A stretch of 64,000 nt of DNA from Gemmatimonadales bacterium (GTDB lineage: Bacteria; Gemmatimonadota; Gemmatimonadetes; Gemmatimonadales; GWC2-71-9): assembly GCA_035703525.1 (NCBI GenBank), contig DASSYA010000017.1:171304-235303 (forward strand). The letters are read 5' to 3'. Position numbers and translations under genes: made by a program. The notes beneath the pieces are model-generated. The model saw nothing but the letters and a program-made list of their open reading frames with translations, did not search any database and was not told the DNA's origin. Below, piece by piece: positions 45,421-54,898 of this stretch. How positions within the stretch are numbered: position 1 is the first letter of the stretch; each line of letters begins with the position of its first letter.

Positions 45421-47373
45421 ATGTCGCACATCGTCGTCCACGCGCACTGCTACCAGCCACCGCGCGAGGATCCGTGGCTGGAACTGGTACCCGAGGAACC
45501 GAGCGCACTTCCCGACCACGACTGGAACGCGCGGATCACCCGGGAGTGTTACCGTCCGCTCTCGCGAGCACGGGTGCTCGATGCCGAGGGTCGGATCGTG
45601 CGTGTGCACAACGCCTGGGCCTGGCTGTCGTTCGATGTCGGCCCGACGCTCGTGCACTGGCTCGAACGCCACGCCACGGATGTGCTCGATGCCATGCGCG
45701 AGGGCGATCGCGCGGCGATCACCCGTACCGGACACGGCACGGCCATCGCGCACCCCTACCATCATATCATCCTGCCGCTGGCATCGAGGCGCGACAAGCG
45801 CACCGAGATCCGCTGGGGCATGCGGGAATTCCGTCGGGTGTTCGGTCGGGATCCGTTCGCGATGTGGCTCCCCGAGACGGCGGTTGACGAGGAAACCCTC
45901 GAGGTGCTGGCAGAAGAGGGCATCCGCGGGACGATCCTGGCACCCAGACAAGTCACGACCGTGGGTCCAGCAGGTGCACCCGTGCGCTGGGATCGCCCCG
46001 ATTGCGACATGCGGATTCTCGCCTACGATGGCGCGCTGGCGCACGACGTGGCCTTCGGTTCGTTGCTCCAGGACGCCGAGCGATTCGCGACCCGCCTGAC
46101 CGAGCCCCGTGATCGGGGCGTCGTGGCCCTCGCCACCGACGGCGAGACCTTCGGCCATCATCATCGGTTCGGCGACCTGGCGCTGGCGCGCGTCATCGAG
46201 ACCATCGCGGTACACCCGACGGCCCGGATGGTCGGCGCCGAGGCCGTCCTCGCCACCACGGACCCGGCCATCCCGACCGGCATCGTTGCCCCGAGCGCCT
46301 GGAGTTGCGAGCACGGTGTCGATCGATGGCAGGCCGACTGTGGCTGCCGGATGGATCCGCACACCTCCCAGGACTGGCGTGCGCCGCTCCGCGCCGGTCT
46401 CGAGGTCCTGGCCCTCGGCCTCGATGCCGTGGTCGAGCGCGAGTGGCCGCGTGCCGCCGGCAATCGCCACGAGATCCGGGACATCGCCGGTCCCCGGCTC
46501 GATGGCGCGGGCCCGCTCCCCCCCCCGGCACGACGACTGCTGGAGGCGGAGCGGCATGCCCTCGCGATGTTCACCTCGTGTGCCTGGTTCTTCGATGACC
46601 TCGCCCGGATCGAGCCGCGGGTGGTGCTGCGGCATGCGGCCCGCGCACTCGACTTCCTCCCTGCCGATGACGCGGAGGCACTCGAGGCGGCGCTCCGCAC
46701 GGCGCTCGCGGAGGCGCATGCCAACGATCATGGCGACGGGACCGGTGTGACGATCTGGGAACGGGATATCCTGCCGGGGCGACGCGCCGTGCCGGCGATG
46801 GTCGCCGGGATCGCGGCACTCCGTGAACTGGCACCGCACGCGCCGTTCGAGGGTGGCATGCCCGCGCACGAATGGACCTTCGACGGCGAGACCATCATGA
46901 CCACACATCGGGCCAGCCGCCGCACCCGACGCTGGCATACCGAGCCCATCACGCTCGGCGTGGTCCCACGACGGATCCATGTGCGAGAGGATCGCGAGGT
47001 CGGCTGGTCGGGCGTGATCCTGCTGGAGGAGGTCCCGCCCCCGCTGCGTCGGCGACTGCTCGCCCTGGCGCTGCCCGTCGTGCTCGAGGCAGCCGTGGGC
47101 ACCCGCCATCTCGATGCCACGGCGATGCTGGGCGGCGGGCTGGCCGCCCTGCTCCCTCGTATCTTGCGGGGCGCATGGCAACGCGGGTCCGAGGACGATC
47201 CGGTGGCGGCGGCAACGATCACCCATGCCGTCCTCGATCTCTGGTCGCTGAGCGGACACGAGATACCCGACAGTGTCGCGAGCGAAGCCTGGCTGCGACT
47301 GGTGGTCTGGCCCGCCGGCCCTGAACGCGAACACCTCGCCGAACGATTCGGCCTCTCCTTTCGGGATCCGTGA
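45421..47373 (+). CDS. GH57 family glycoside hydrolase with DUF3536-like C-terminal domain
   Basis: HAHCYQPPRE N-terminus, WLPETAV nucleophile region and ATDGETFGHHH acid/base region. The long C-terminal domain has unknown function. Confidence 0.75.
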   Translation: MSHIVVHAHCYQPPREDPWLELVPEEPSALPDHDWNARITRECYRPLSRARVLDAEGRIVRVHNAWAWLSFDVGPTLVHWLERHATDVLDAMREGDRAAITRTGHGTAIAHPYHHIILPLASRRDKRTEIRWGMREFRRVFGRDPFAMWLPETAVDEETLEVLAEEGIRGTILAPRQVTTVGPAGAPVRWDRPDCDMRILAYDGALAHDVAFGSLLQDAERFATRLTEPRDRGVVALATDGETFGHHHRFGDLALARVIETIAVHPTARMVGAEAVLATTDPAIPTGIVAPSAWSCEHGVDRWQADCGCRMDPHTSQDWRAPLRAGLEVLALGLDAVVEREWPRAAGNRHEIRDIAGPRLDGAGPLPPPARRLLEAERHALAMFTSCAWFFDDLARIEPRVVLRHAARALDFLPADDAEALEAALRTALAEAHANDHGDGTGVTIWERDILPGRRAVPAMVAGIAALRELAPHAPFEGGMPAHEWTFDGETIMTTHRASRRTRRWHTEPITLGVVPRRIHVREDREVGWSGVILLEEVPPPLRRRLLALALPVVLEAAVGTRHLDATAMLGGGLAALLPRILRGAWQRGSEDDPVAAATITHAVLDLWSLSGHEIPDSVASEAWLRLVVWPAGPEREHLAERFGLSFRDP

Positions 47374-49295
47374 TGCCCCGACCCGTGCGATTCTGCTTCG
47401 GACTCCATCTCCATCAGCCGGTGGGGAACTTCGACTCCGTCTTCCGCGATCACCTCGATGCCGTCTATGCCCCGCTCCTCGACGGACTCGAGCACGGCGA
47501 GACCTGGCCCGTGGCGATTCATGTCTCAGGCCCGCTCCTCGATTGGCTCGAAACGCACGCCTCCGCGTGGGTTGATCGACTCGGCCGACATGTGAGTGCA
47601 GGACAGGTCGAGTTGCTGGCCTCGGGCCACGACGAGCCGATCCTCGCCATCCTCGATCGTGAGGACCGTGTCGACCAGGTGCGCCGATATCGCGAGCGAC
47701 TGGTGCGACGGTTCGGCACCGAAGTGCGGGGGCTCTGGCTGACGGAGCGCGTCTGGGAGCCCGACTTGCCGGGCGATCTCGCGCGGGCCGGGATCGAGTT
47801 TGCGCTGGTCGATGATCGGCATCTCCGTGTCACGGGACTTCCGGCGGAGGCACGTCACCGCCCATGGGTCACCGAGCACGACGGCGCCCGCATCACGGTG
47901 CTCGCCATCGACCAGAACCTCCGGTACCTCGTGCCCTTTCGGCCGCCGGAGGAGCTGGCCGAATACCTGAATGCCATCCGCCACGACGGGCATCGACTCG
48001 CCGTCCTGGCCGATGATGGCGAGAAGTTCGGTGGCTGGCCGGGCACGGCCAAGTGGGTCTGGGCGGATGGCTGGTTCGATCGCTTCACGGAGCAGGTGCA
48101 CCGGATGCGTGAGGCCGGCATCGCCGAGCTGTCCCGCTTCGACGAGACGCTACTCGGCGTGCCTGCGGACGGGCCGGTCTACCTGCCCTCTGCCTCGTAC
48201 CAGGAGATGGAACGGTGGGCCCTGCCCCCGATCCAGGCTCGCGAACTGACGCGCCGCGAAGCGGCCATCCTGGCGCTCGATCCCAGCGCCGAAGCCGATC
48301 CGCTGGTGCGTGGCGGCCATTGGCGACATTTTCTCGCCAAGTATCCGGAATCCAATCGGCTGCACAAGGTGATGCAGCATCTCTCCCGGACATGCCGCGC
48401 CGCCGGCGACCCGCCCGACGCACGCCGTCACGTCGGGCGGGCGCAGTGCAACGACGCCTATTGGCATGGCGTCTTCGGCGGGCTCTACCTGCCCTTCCTG
48501 CGGGAGGCGCTGTGGCAGGAACTCGGGCACGCTGCCCGACTCCTGCTGCACGATCGCCCACCGGCCGCGACCCGGCTCGATCTCGACGCCGATGGCCAGG
48601 ACGAGGTCGTCGTCACCTCTCCCGGCCAGTTCGTCGTGGTCTCCCCGCATCGGGGGGGGGCGATTGATGTCATGCTGGACCTGCATGGCGGCGGCAACTG
48701 GGCCGACGCCCTGACACGGCACGAGGAGGCCTACCATCTGGCACCCGGAGCGCCCGCACCGGATGGCCCCGAGGGGGACGCGTCCGGCGATGGGGCAGCG
48801 ACGATCCACGACGCGGAGACGCAGGTGCAGGAAGCACCGGCCCTCGACCGCGAGACCCGCGCCCTGTTCGTGGACCGCCTGCTCCCGCACAACATCACAC
48901 GCGAGCAGTTCGTCGCGGGGACCGTCGACCCGATCGTCTCGTGGGCCGCTCGCCGGCTCGACGGCCGGCTCGAGACGGTTCCGCATGGAGTCGCGGTGCG
49001 ACTCTCCGCCGATCGATTCAGCAAGACACTGGTCTTCCACACCGACGGCCCGCTCGATGTGCATTGGACATGGGAGGGCGACGAGCCGGATGGTGCCTGG
49101 TTCACGACCGAACTCTCGCTGGCACGGCTGCCCCGCATCGTGGCGGATGGTGCCGAGCGCTGGGACTACCCGATCGAGACGGTCTCCCGGAGTGAAGCGG
49201 GATTCGACCACACCGTCCAGGGGACGGCGGTGGTGCTCCGGTGGCCCGTCGCTCGGCGCAGCGCGAGCGTGCGGATCACATGGATGGCGGACTGA
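47370..49295 (+). CDS. GH57 family 4-alpha-glucanotransferase/amylopullulanase-like protein
   Basis: FGLHLHQPVGN N-terminus, LWLTERVWEP nucleophile region and LADDGEKFGGWPG acid/base region. ATGA-type overlap with the preceding gene. Confidence 0.75.
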   Translation: MMPRPVRFCFGLHLHQPVGNFDSVFRDHLDAVYAPLLDGLEHGETWPVAIHVSGPLLDWLETHASAWVDRLGRHVSAGQVELLASGHDEPILAILDREDRVDQVRRYRERLVRRFGTEVRGLWLTERVWEPDLPGDLARAGIEFALVDDRHLRVTGLPAEARHRPWVTEHDGARITVLAIDQNLRYLVPFRPPEELAEYLNAIRHDGHRLAVLADDGEKFGGWPGTAKWVWADGWFDRFTEQVHRMREAGIAELSRFDETLLGVPADGPVYLPSASYQEMERWALPPIQARELTRREAAILALDPSAEADPLVRGGHWRHFLAKYPESNRLHKVMQHLSRTCRAAGDPPDARRHVGRAQCNDAYWHGVFGGLYLPFLREALWQELGHAARLLLHDRPPAATRLDLDADGQDEVVVTSPGQFVVVSPHRGGAIDVMLDLHGGGNWADALTRHEEAYHLAPGAPAPDGPEGDASGDGAATIHDAETQVQEAPALDRETRALFVDRLLPHNITREQFVAGTVDPIVSWAARRLDGRLETVPHGVAVRLSADRFSKTLVFHTDGPLDVHWTWEGDEPDGAWFTTELSLARLPRIVADGAERWDYPIETVSRSEAGFDHTVQGTAVVLRWPVARRSASVRITWMAD

Positions 49296-49304
49296 TGCGC
49301 GACA

Positions 49305-50291
49305 TCACTCGCGACTCAGGACCACACCGAATCCGCCGAAGAACTTGCCGGTATTCGGATTGACCTCGGCGAAGCGCGTCGTGAGTGCCAGGTTCGAACC
49401 GACCTGATAGCCGCCTTCGGCCACGAACTCGAGCGGGCCGAGGTGGACCCCCAGATTCAACGCCGTGACGATCCGCATTCCCGACAACTTCGGCTCCAGG
49501 GGCGCGCCCACCACGTCGGTCCCGGGGTCGCGGTAGGCGACCTCGCCGGTGCCGGAGAGCAGATCCACGCCGGCACCGGCGGCCAGGTCGAGCCAGTCGA
49601 ATCGCTTCCCCGCGAACAGGCGCACGTCGATCGAGGAGGCGTTGAAGGTGTACGCCGTCGTGTTGCCATCCGTGGTGCCGCCAAGCTGCACCGTCGGTGT
49701 CGAGCGCTTCATGATCGTGAGCGAGACCGTCGGGAGCGTCGGGCTCGTCATCCCGAACCGGACCCCCCAGTCGAGGGTCACGGCCGCCTTGCCGATCGTC
49801 CGACTCCCCGGCACCGGGGTGAACGCCGTGGTGCGATCGCTCGGGATCACCAGCGCCGAGAACATCGCGTCGACGCCAATTGTCCCCATTGGCATCACCA
49901 TCTGGACCAGGCCGAGCGCCAGATCGACGTGTGGCGCATAGAACTGCACCCGCTGGCCGACCGCCACAGTGTCGGTGCTGCCGTCGTAGGTGAGGTCGGG
50001 GATCACCCCCGTTGCCGTGGTGGCCCGGAGCGTCACGGCGAAGTGACCGAACTTCCCGATCGGCGCCGCACTGCCGAGACGGGGATTGCCACCGTTCATG
50101 AGGAGCGCCGCGAACGGGTGGAGCATCGTCGCGCCGTCGAGCGCGGCCTGACAGACCTTGAGTCCCCCCGCCGACAGCGAGTCGGGACAGACCACGGGGA
50201 GCGCCGTGGCCGCGGTATCGGCCTGGGCCACCGCCGGAATCGGCGTCGCGGCGACGAGGAGGGCGATCAGAACGAGCTGGCGAATGGGCAC
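49305..50291 (-). CDS. hypothetical secreted/outer-membrane protein
   Basis: Signal peptide ...LVLIALLVAATPIPAVAQA. Start preferred at GTG 50291 (GGAGA 5 nt upstream). The longest-ORF ATG 50306 has no SD and lies 6 nt from the repeat array. Confidence 0.45.
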   Translation of the reverse strand: MPIRQLVLIALLVAATPIPAVAQADTAATALPVVCPDSLSAGGLKVCQAALDGATMLHPFAALLMNGGNPRLGSAAPIGKFGHFAVTLRATTATGVIPDLTYDGSTDTVAVGQRVQFYAPHVDLALGLVQMVMPMGTIGVDAMFSALVIPSDRTTAFTPVPGSRTIGKAAVTLDWGVRFGMTSPTLPTVSLTIMKRSTPTVQLGGTTDGNTTAYTFNASSIDVRLFAGKRFDWLDLAAGAGVDLLSGTGEVAYRDPGTDVVGAPLEPKLSGMRIVTALNLGVHLGPLEFVAEGGYQVGSNLALTTRFAEVNPNTGKFFGGFGVVLSRE

Positions 50292-50312
50292 GGCGTCTCC
50301 GGGCATTGGCTT

Positions 50313-50546
50313 ACGAGAAACGAGAAGCGAGAAGCGAGAAGCGAGAAACGAGAAACGAGAAACGAGAAGCGAGAGACGAGACGAGACGAGAAACGAGAAA
50401 CGGGAGACGGGAGACGAGAGACGGGAGACGGGAGACGGGAGACGGGAGACGCGAGCAAGGTAATGGAACGTGTTTGGAGACAGGCGTCACGCTTCTCGCT
50501 TCTCACTTCTCATTTCTCGCTTCTCGCTTCTCGCTTCTCGCTTCTC
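50313..50546. repeat. heptad-repeat palindromic element 3 (expanded, asymmetric): 19 heptads + 2 pentamers, AT-richer spacer, 8 heptads
   Basis: Left array is 50313-50455 (ACGAGAA/GCGAGAA, then ACGGGAG variants). Right array is 50491-50546 (GCTTCTC/ACTTCTC/ATTTCTC). Verified against the translation of track ORF 50306..50572. The right array runs into the TAA stop (50550-50552) of the upstream minus-strand gene. Confidence 0.92.
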
Positions 50547-50549
50547 GCT

Positions 50550-51581
50550 TTACAGCCCTGCCCGCACAATAATCCGATACGACAGCTCCCACGGCGTCCC
50601 GAAGAACGCCTCGCTCTGTTCACTGTCGATCCGATGGAATCGCACTTCGGTGTCGAACGAGACGCCCGTGCTGGCGTCGCCGAAGCGGCGCCATGCACCG
50701 AGTTCGGTGTACCGGCGCTCGGCACGGTAGACGCCCGGCGTATGCCCCACGGAGCCGTAGTTGGCATCCCCGGCGGCGGCCGCGAAGTCCTGACCTCGCC
50801 AATGGATCACGAAGAGCGCCCAGAGTGGCCACGGATTCACCTCACCACGAAGCCATGTCCCCGACCCGCCGCGCGGTTGGTCGGTCGGGTAGGCCGGGTC
50901 GAGGTGCCCGTCGCTCCAGAGTCTCGCCGCCTGGACGCTGCCGTGCCGGACGATCGGGAGCGAACCTGACAAGGTCGCACCGAGTGCCGTGACGCGGTTG
51001 TTGGTCACCGGGACACCGGCATCGAACAACTGCCCGCCGTGATGCGACCAGAGGTGTTGGGCGTCGATGCTGAGGCCGCGCACCGGACGAACGCGTGCAA
51101 CGATGCCCATCTCGAACGCCTCACGCTGCGCCGGTGTATTCAGTCGCTGCCAGTTGATCCACGCCTCGGCGTCGAGCCGTTCGCGGCGTTCGCGCCACTG
51201 CAGGCCATACTCGATCGGCGTCGTGAGCTCGCGTGTGCTGACCATCAGTGGGTCAATGAGGCCGTGTCGACGCGTGTTCTCGAGGGTGCCGATCACACCC
51301 AGGGAATGCGGGGTCGTGTAGCGGGCGGCGAGGATCGGCTTGAGCGAGTCGGTGAACTCCTCGCTGCCCCAGCGACGGTCGGCGAAGACGCCCAGGCGGA
51401 GCGCCAGGTGACCGGTCGCCTGCCCGGAGATCCAGCCCTGCACCTGTCCACCGAGAATCGTCTCGCCGACACGGTACGGGGTGAAGAATTCGGTGTTGTC
51501 GCCGTAGAGCGTGGCGCGGAGCTGCCAGTCGATCCGCTGTGCGCCGAGGATGGGGCACGCGAGGGCCAGCAGGAGGATCAC
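50550..51581 (-). CDS. hypothetical secreted protein
   Basis: The only in-frame start near the hydrophobic N-terminus is GTG 51581 (M-ILLLALACPILGAQ). No family recognised. The start is uncertain. Confidence 0.4.
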   Translation of the reverse strand: MILLLALACPILGAQRIDWQLRATLYGDNTEFFTPYRVGETILGGQVQGWISGQATGHLALRLGVFADRRWGSEEFTDSLKPILAARYTTPHSLGVIGTLENTRRHGLIDPLMVSTRELTTPIEYGLQWRERRERLDAEAWINWQRLNTPAQREAFEMGIVARVRPVRGLSIDAQHLWSHHGGQLFDAGVPVTNNRVTALGATLSGSLPIVRHGSVQAARLWSDGHLDPAYPTDQPRGGSGTWLRGEVNPWPLWALFVIHWRGQDFAAAAGDANYGSVGHTPGVYRAERRYTELGAWRRFGDASTGVSFDTEVRFHRIDSEQSEAFFGTPWELSYRIIVRAGL

Positions 51582-51619
51582 GCGAAGGGCGACGGACCGG
51601 ATCGAGTGTGAAATGCGGC

Positions 51620-54600
51620 TCAGCCGATCTCGCCCTGCAGCTTGGCGATCCGGTCGCGGATCTCGCGCACCCGCGGTTGGAGCTTCGGGTCGGCGTTGGC
51701 CCAGAGTTCGGTGAACTGACTGTAGTAGTCGATGGCCTTGGCCTTGTTGCCCTTGTTCTCGTAGGCCTCGCCGAGGCGCTCCAGGATCTTGGCACGCCAC
51801 TGCCCGTCCGTGCCAGGCAAGGCTGCGGGTGTCGCCAGGAACTTCTCGTAGTAGACAATCACCGAATCCGTGCGCCCCAGTTCGAGGTGTGCGTTGCCAC
51901 GGACAAGGTCAGCGATGCGGGGCTCGAATGAGAACAGGCGTTCCGCCTGGTCGGCATACCGAATGGCATCTTCCCAACGCCCTTCCGCCATCGCGAGGTG
52001 CGCGGCATAGTCCGCGCGGCGACCCTCTGCATCCGAGGAGAAGCTGACCTGATCGCGCTCGAACCCGGCCATCGCTTCGCGCACCAGCGTCGGTTCCCTG
52101 AGGATGGCCCCGACGAACTTGATGAAGCCCCACGGCCGCTCGACTGGCGGGATCTCGGTCATCGGCACACGCGCCCGGGCCCGGGCGAGCGCGGCCAGCG
52201 TACTGGCCTTGGTGCCATACATCAGTTCGTAGTACACCGTGTCGAGCCCGATGCTCAGCAGGTTGCCGGGAGTCGGCTGCACCTTGTAGAGCGCGGCACT
52301 GTTTCTGGCCTGCCACCGCGCCGCCTCGGCGATCTGGCCACGCATCTCGGCGGTGGCCGTCAGCGCAGCGGTTGACCGGATCGCCTGCCGAACGGTCTTC
52401 GCCGAGGCGTCCACCGCGCGCGCGATCGAATCGGCTCCGGCGACATCCCCCTTCCCCCAGGCGACAAACCACTGCGCTTCCCAGAAGTCGTTGCTCTCCC
52501 CGAACGTGTTCCGGAAGGATGTGAGGGTGGAGTCGAGCGCGGCGCCCGAGCGGCCATTCAGGATTTGTGTCGTGATCAGGTTCGTGAACGCGCCACCGAA
52601 GGTATGCGGCAACCGGACCACGCGACGATAGAGTTCCTCGGCGCGGATGTCGTCGTTCATCTCACCCAGGATGACGGCCGCATTGTTGAGGGCCGAGGTG
52701 CTCAGGGTATCGAGCTTGGCGGCGGCCTCGTACGCGGCAAGCGCCTTCTCGCGATCGGGCGTCGGTCCCCGCGTATAGTAGAACCCCTCGGTGAGGAGGC
52801 GCTCCATCTCGGTCAGGCGGTCGCGGTGTCGATAGGCGGTCGAGATCGCGTTGATCATGCCGACCTGATCCCGACCCTCGTTGTTGAGCAGCACCGACAG
52901 CTTGCGCCATGCCATCGCGAACGACGTGTCGATGGTGACCGCCTCCCGGATCAACTCCATGCCGCGCTCGTTCTCGCCCTCCTCGTCGGCAAGGCGCGAG
53001 CCCTCGACGTACTTGCGGAGCGCGGCGAGCGAGGGGGTGGTGACCCGCTCGAGTTCGTTGCTCGCGCGGATCGACTTGAGCGACTCCCCGGCCTTGGCGC
53101 GGACGGCCTTCGACAAACGGCCGAGCGCCGGGAGGATCTCGTCCTCGTTGGACGCCTCCTCGCGGAACGAGGCGAGATCGGCGCCATCGAGGGCCGAGGC
53201 CAGCCGCGCCGTGATGACGTAACTCTTGCCGATCTCCGCAATGCCGCCATCGAGCACCGCCTTGGCGCCCTCACGCGTGGCGATCTCGCGGGCCAGGGCA
53301 TAGGGGACCGCCTCGTCCGGGGAGCGCTGCATCAGGGTGAGCGCCTCGCGGATTGCCGAGCGGGTCAGGACCGTGAGTGAGGTCGACTGCGCAAGATCGG
53401 TACGAAGTGCTTCAGCGACGGTGCCGCCGAGCGTCGAATCGCTGGGTGGCGAGGTGAAATCCGCGATCATCAGCGTCTCGCGATCACCGAAGGCGCCCTT
53501 CCCCTGGAGCGAGGCCATCGGCCCGATCCCCATCGCGCGCATCACCATGAACGCGAGGACCACGACGGCGAAGCCACCGACGGCGAACGCACCACCGAGC
53601 CAGGTGCGCCGCCACGAGACATGCGGACTCGCCTTCATCGCAAGCGTTGCCATCGTGCCCTGCGGGGATGGCGTGCGATTGGGTGTTGCGGTGAACGCCT
53701 TGTGCGTGGTCCGCTGGACGTAGGCCGTGAAGAGCAGCACCGGCAAGCCCGCGAGCATGACGCCGACCGCGCCGGGGAGGACCCAGTCGGGCAGGCCGAT
53801 CGCCTCACGAGCGGCCCACGCCGTCAGGGCGACGACGATCGTGGCGAAGGCCCAGAGTGCCACCGCGCGGCCGAGGCGGATCGGACCTCCACGCAGGATC
53901 TCGGGCACCGTCGCCCCGCTGCCGCTCGAGGTGATCGTGTCGAGGACCTGCACCAGCTCCGCGGAATCCCGGGGCCGGTCCTGGGGCTCCTTCTCGAGGC
54001 AGCGCATGACGAGGGCGGCGAGCGCGGGCGGGCAATCGGGGCGGAGTCCGAGAATATCCGGCGCGGGCTCCGTCATGTGCGCAGCGAGCAATTTCGTTGG
54101 CGTGGCAGCCACAAACGGTGTCCGGCCGGCCAGTGTCTCGAAGGCCATTACACCGAAGGCGTAGAGATCGGCGCGGTGGTCGGTGTCGGGATCGCCGGCG
54201 GCCTGTTCGGGTGCCATGTAGGCAGGCGTCCCGATCGAGGTGCCGACCTGGGTCAGCGCCTCGCCGTGGTCACCACCAGTGCGCGCAGCGTTGATCGCCT
54301 TGGCAATCCCGAAGTCGGTGACCGTGGCGCTCCCGGCCGAGAGGAGGACATTGTCAGGCTTGATGTCGCGGTGGACGATCCCCTGGGCATGGGCATAGGC
54401 GAGGGCCCGCGCCACGTCACGGAGGATGCTGACGGCCTCCCCGATCCCGACACCGCCCTTGGCCAGCCGATGGCGGAGCGAATCGCCATCGACATACGGC
54501 ATCGTGAACCAGGGGATGCCGCCGACATCGCCGGTGGTGAGCACCGGCACCACATGGGGATGCTGGAGCTGGGCGGCGAGGAGCACCTCGCGGCGAAAGC

Positions 54601-54775
54601 GTTCGACCGAAATGCCTGCGAGAAGCTCGGGAGCCAGGACCTTCACCACGACCCGGCGCTGGAGGGCATTCTCGCGCACGAGATAGGTCCTCGACATCCC
54701 TCCGCCACCCAACTCGCGCTCGAAGGTGTAGGCACCCGCGAGCGCCTGCTCCAGTCGCGGTCGGATGTCGTCCAT
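51620..54775 (-). CDS. Ser/Thr protein kinase with transmembrane segments and C-terminal TPR-repeat domain
   Basis: Hanks kinase motifs GGGGMSRTYL...VVVK, HRDIKPDNVLL, DFGIAK and GTPAYMAPE. Then TM helices and about 550 aa of TPR-like repeats. Start taken as ATG 54775 (MDDIRPRLEQ), with GTG 54844 as an alternative. Confidence 0.88.
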   Translation of the reverse strand: MDDIRPRLEQALAGAYTFERELGGGGMSRTYLVRENALQRRVVVKVLAPELLAGISVERFRREVLLAAQLQHPHVVPVLTTGDVGGIPWFTMPYVDGDSLRHRLAKGGVGIGEAVSILRDVARALAYAHAQGIVHRDIKPDNVLLSAGSATVTDFGIAKAINAARTGGDHGEALTQVGTSIGTPAYMAPEQAAGDPDTDHRADLYAFGVMAFETLAGRTPFVAATPTKLLAAHMTEPAPDILGLRPDCPPALAALVMRCLEKEPQDRPRDSAELVQVLDTITSSGSGATVPEILRGGPIRLGRAVALWAFATIVVALTAWAAREAIGLPDWVLPGAVGVMLAGLPVLLFTAYVQRTTHKAFTATPNRTPSPQGTMATLAMKASPHVSWRRTWLGGAFAVGGFAVVVLAFMVMRAMGIGPMASLQGKGAFGDRETLMIADFTSPPSDSTLGGTVAEALRTDLAQSTSLTVLTRSAIREALTLMQRSPDEAVPYALAREIATREGAKAVLDGGIAEIGKSYVITARLASALDGADLASFREEASNEDEILPALGRLSKAVRAKAGESLKSIRASNELERVTTPSLAALRKYVEGSRLADEEGENERGMELIREAVTIDTSFAMAWRKLSVLLNNEGRDQVGMINAISTAYRHRDRLTEMERLLTEGFYYTRGPTPDREKALAAYEAAAKLDTLSTSALNNAAVILGEMNDDIRAEELYRRVVRLPHTFGGAFTNLITTQILNGRSGAALDSTLTSFRNTFGESNDFWEAQWFVAWGKGDVAGADSIARAVDASAKTVRQAIRSTAALTATAEMRGQIAEAARWQARNSAALYKVQPTPGNLLSIGLDTVYYELMYGTKASTLAALARARARVPMTEIPPVERPWGFIKFVGAILREPTLVREAMAGFERDQVSFSSDAEGRRADYAAHLAMAEGRWEDAIRYADQAERLFSFEPRIADLVRGNAHLELGRTDSVIVYYEKFLATPAALPGTDGQWRAKILERLGEAYENKGNKAKAIDYYSQFTELWANADPKLQPRVREIRDRIAKLQGEIG

Positions 54776-54898
54776 GGGGGCCTGTCCGATGGGTTGGGAA
54801 GTGTCAAGTATGGCACCGGACGGCCGGTGAGGAAAGCCTTTCACCCCATCCGATCCGCGCCGAGGCCCTCATCTCCTGTATGGGCACTATTTTGGGGG

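Noticed and set aside
50313-50546. Possible CRISPR array or minisatellite-encoded feature.
   Set aside because: The repeat unit is 7 nt with no unique spacers, the two halves are inverted rather than direct, and no cas genes are present in the window.
50306-50572. ORFs translated from the heptad arrays (SEKREARSEKREVRSEK-type peptides at 2423..2869, 2791..3042, 24508..24855, 24586..24864, 50158..50463, 50267..50506 and 50306..50572).
   Set aside because: A 7-nt repeat period rotates through all three frames, so the 'protein' is just the repeat read cyclically. There is no SD, and the same DNA reads similarly on both strands.
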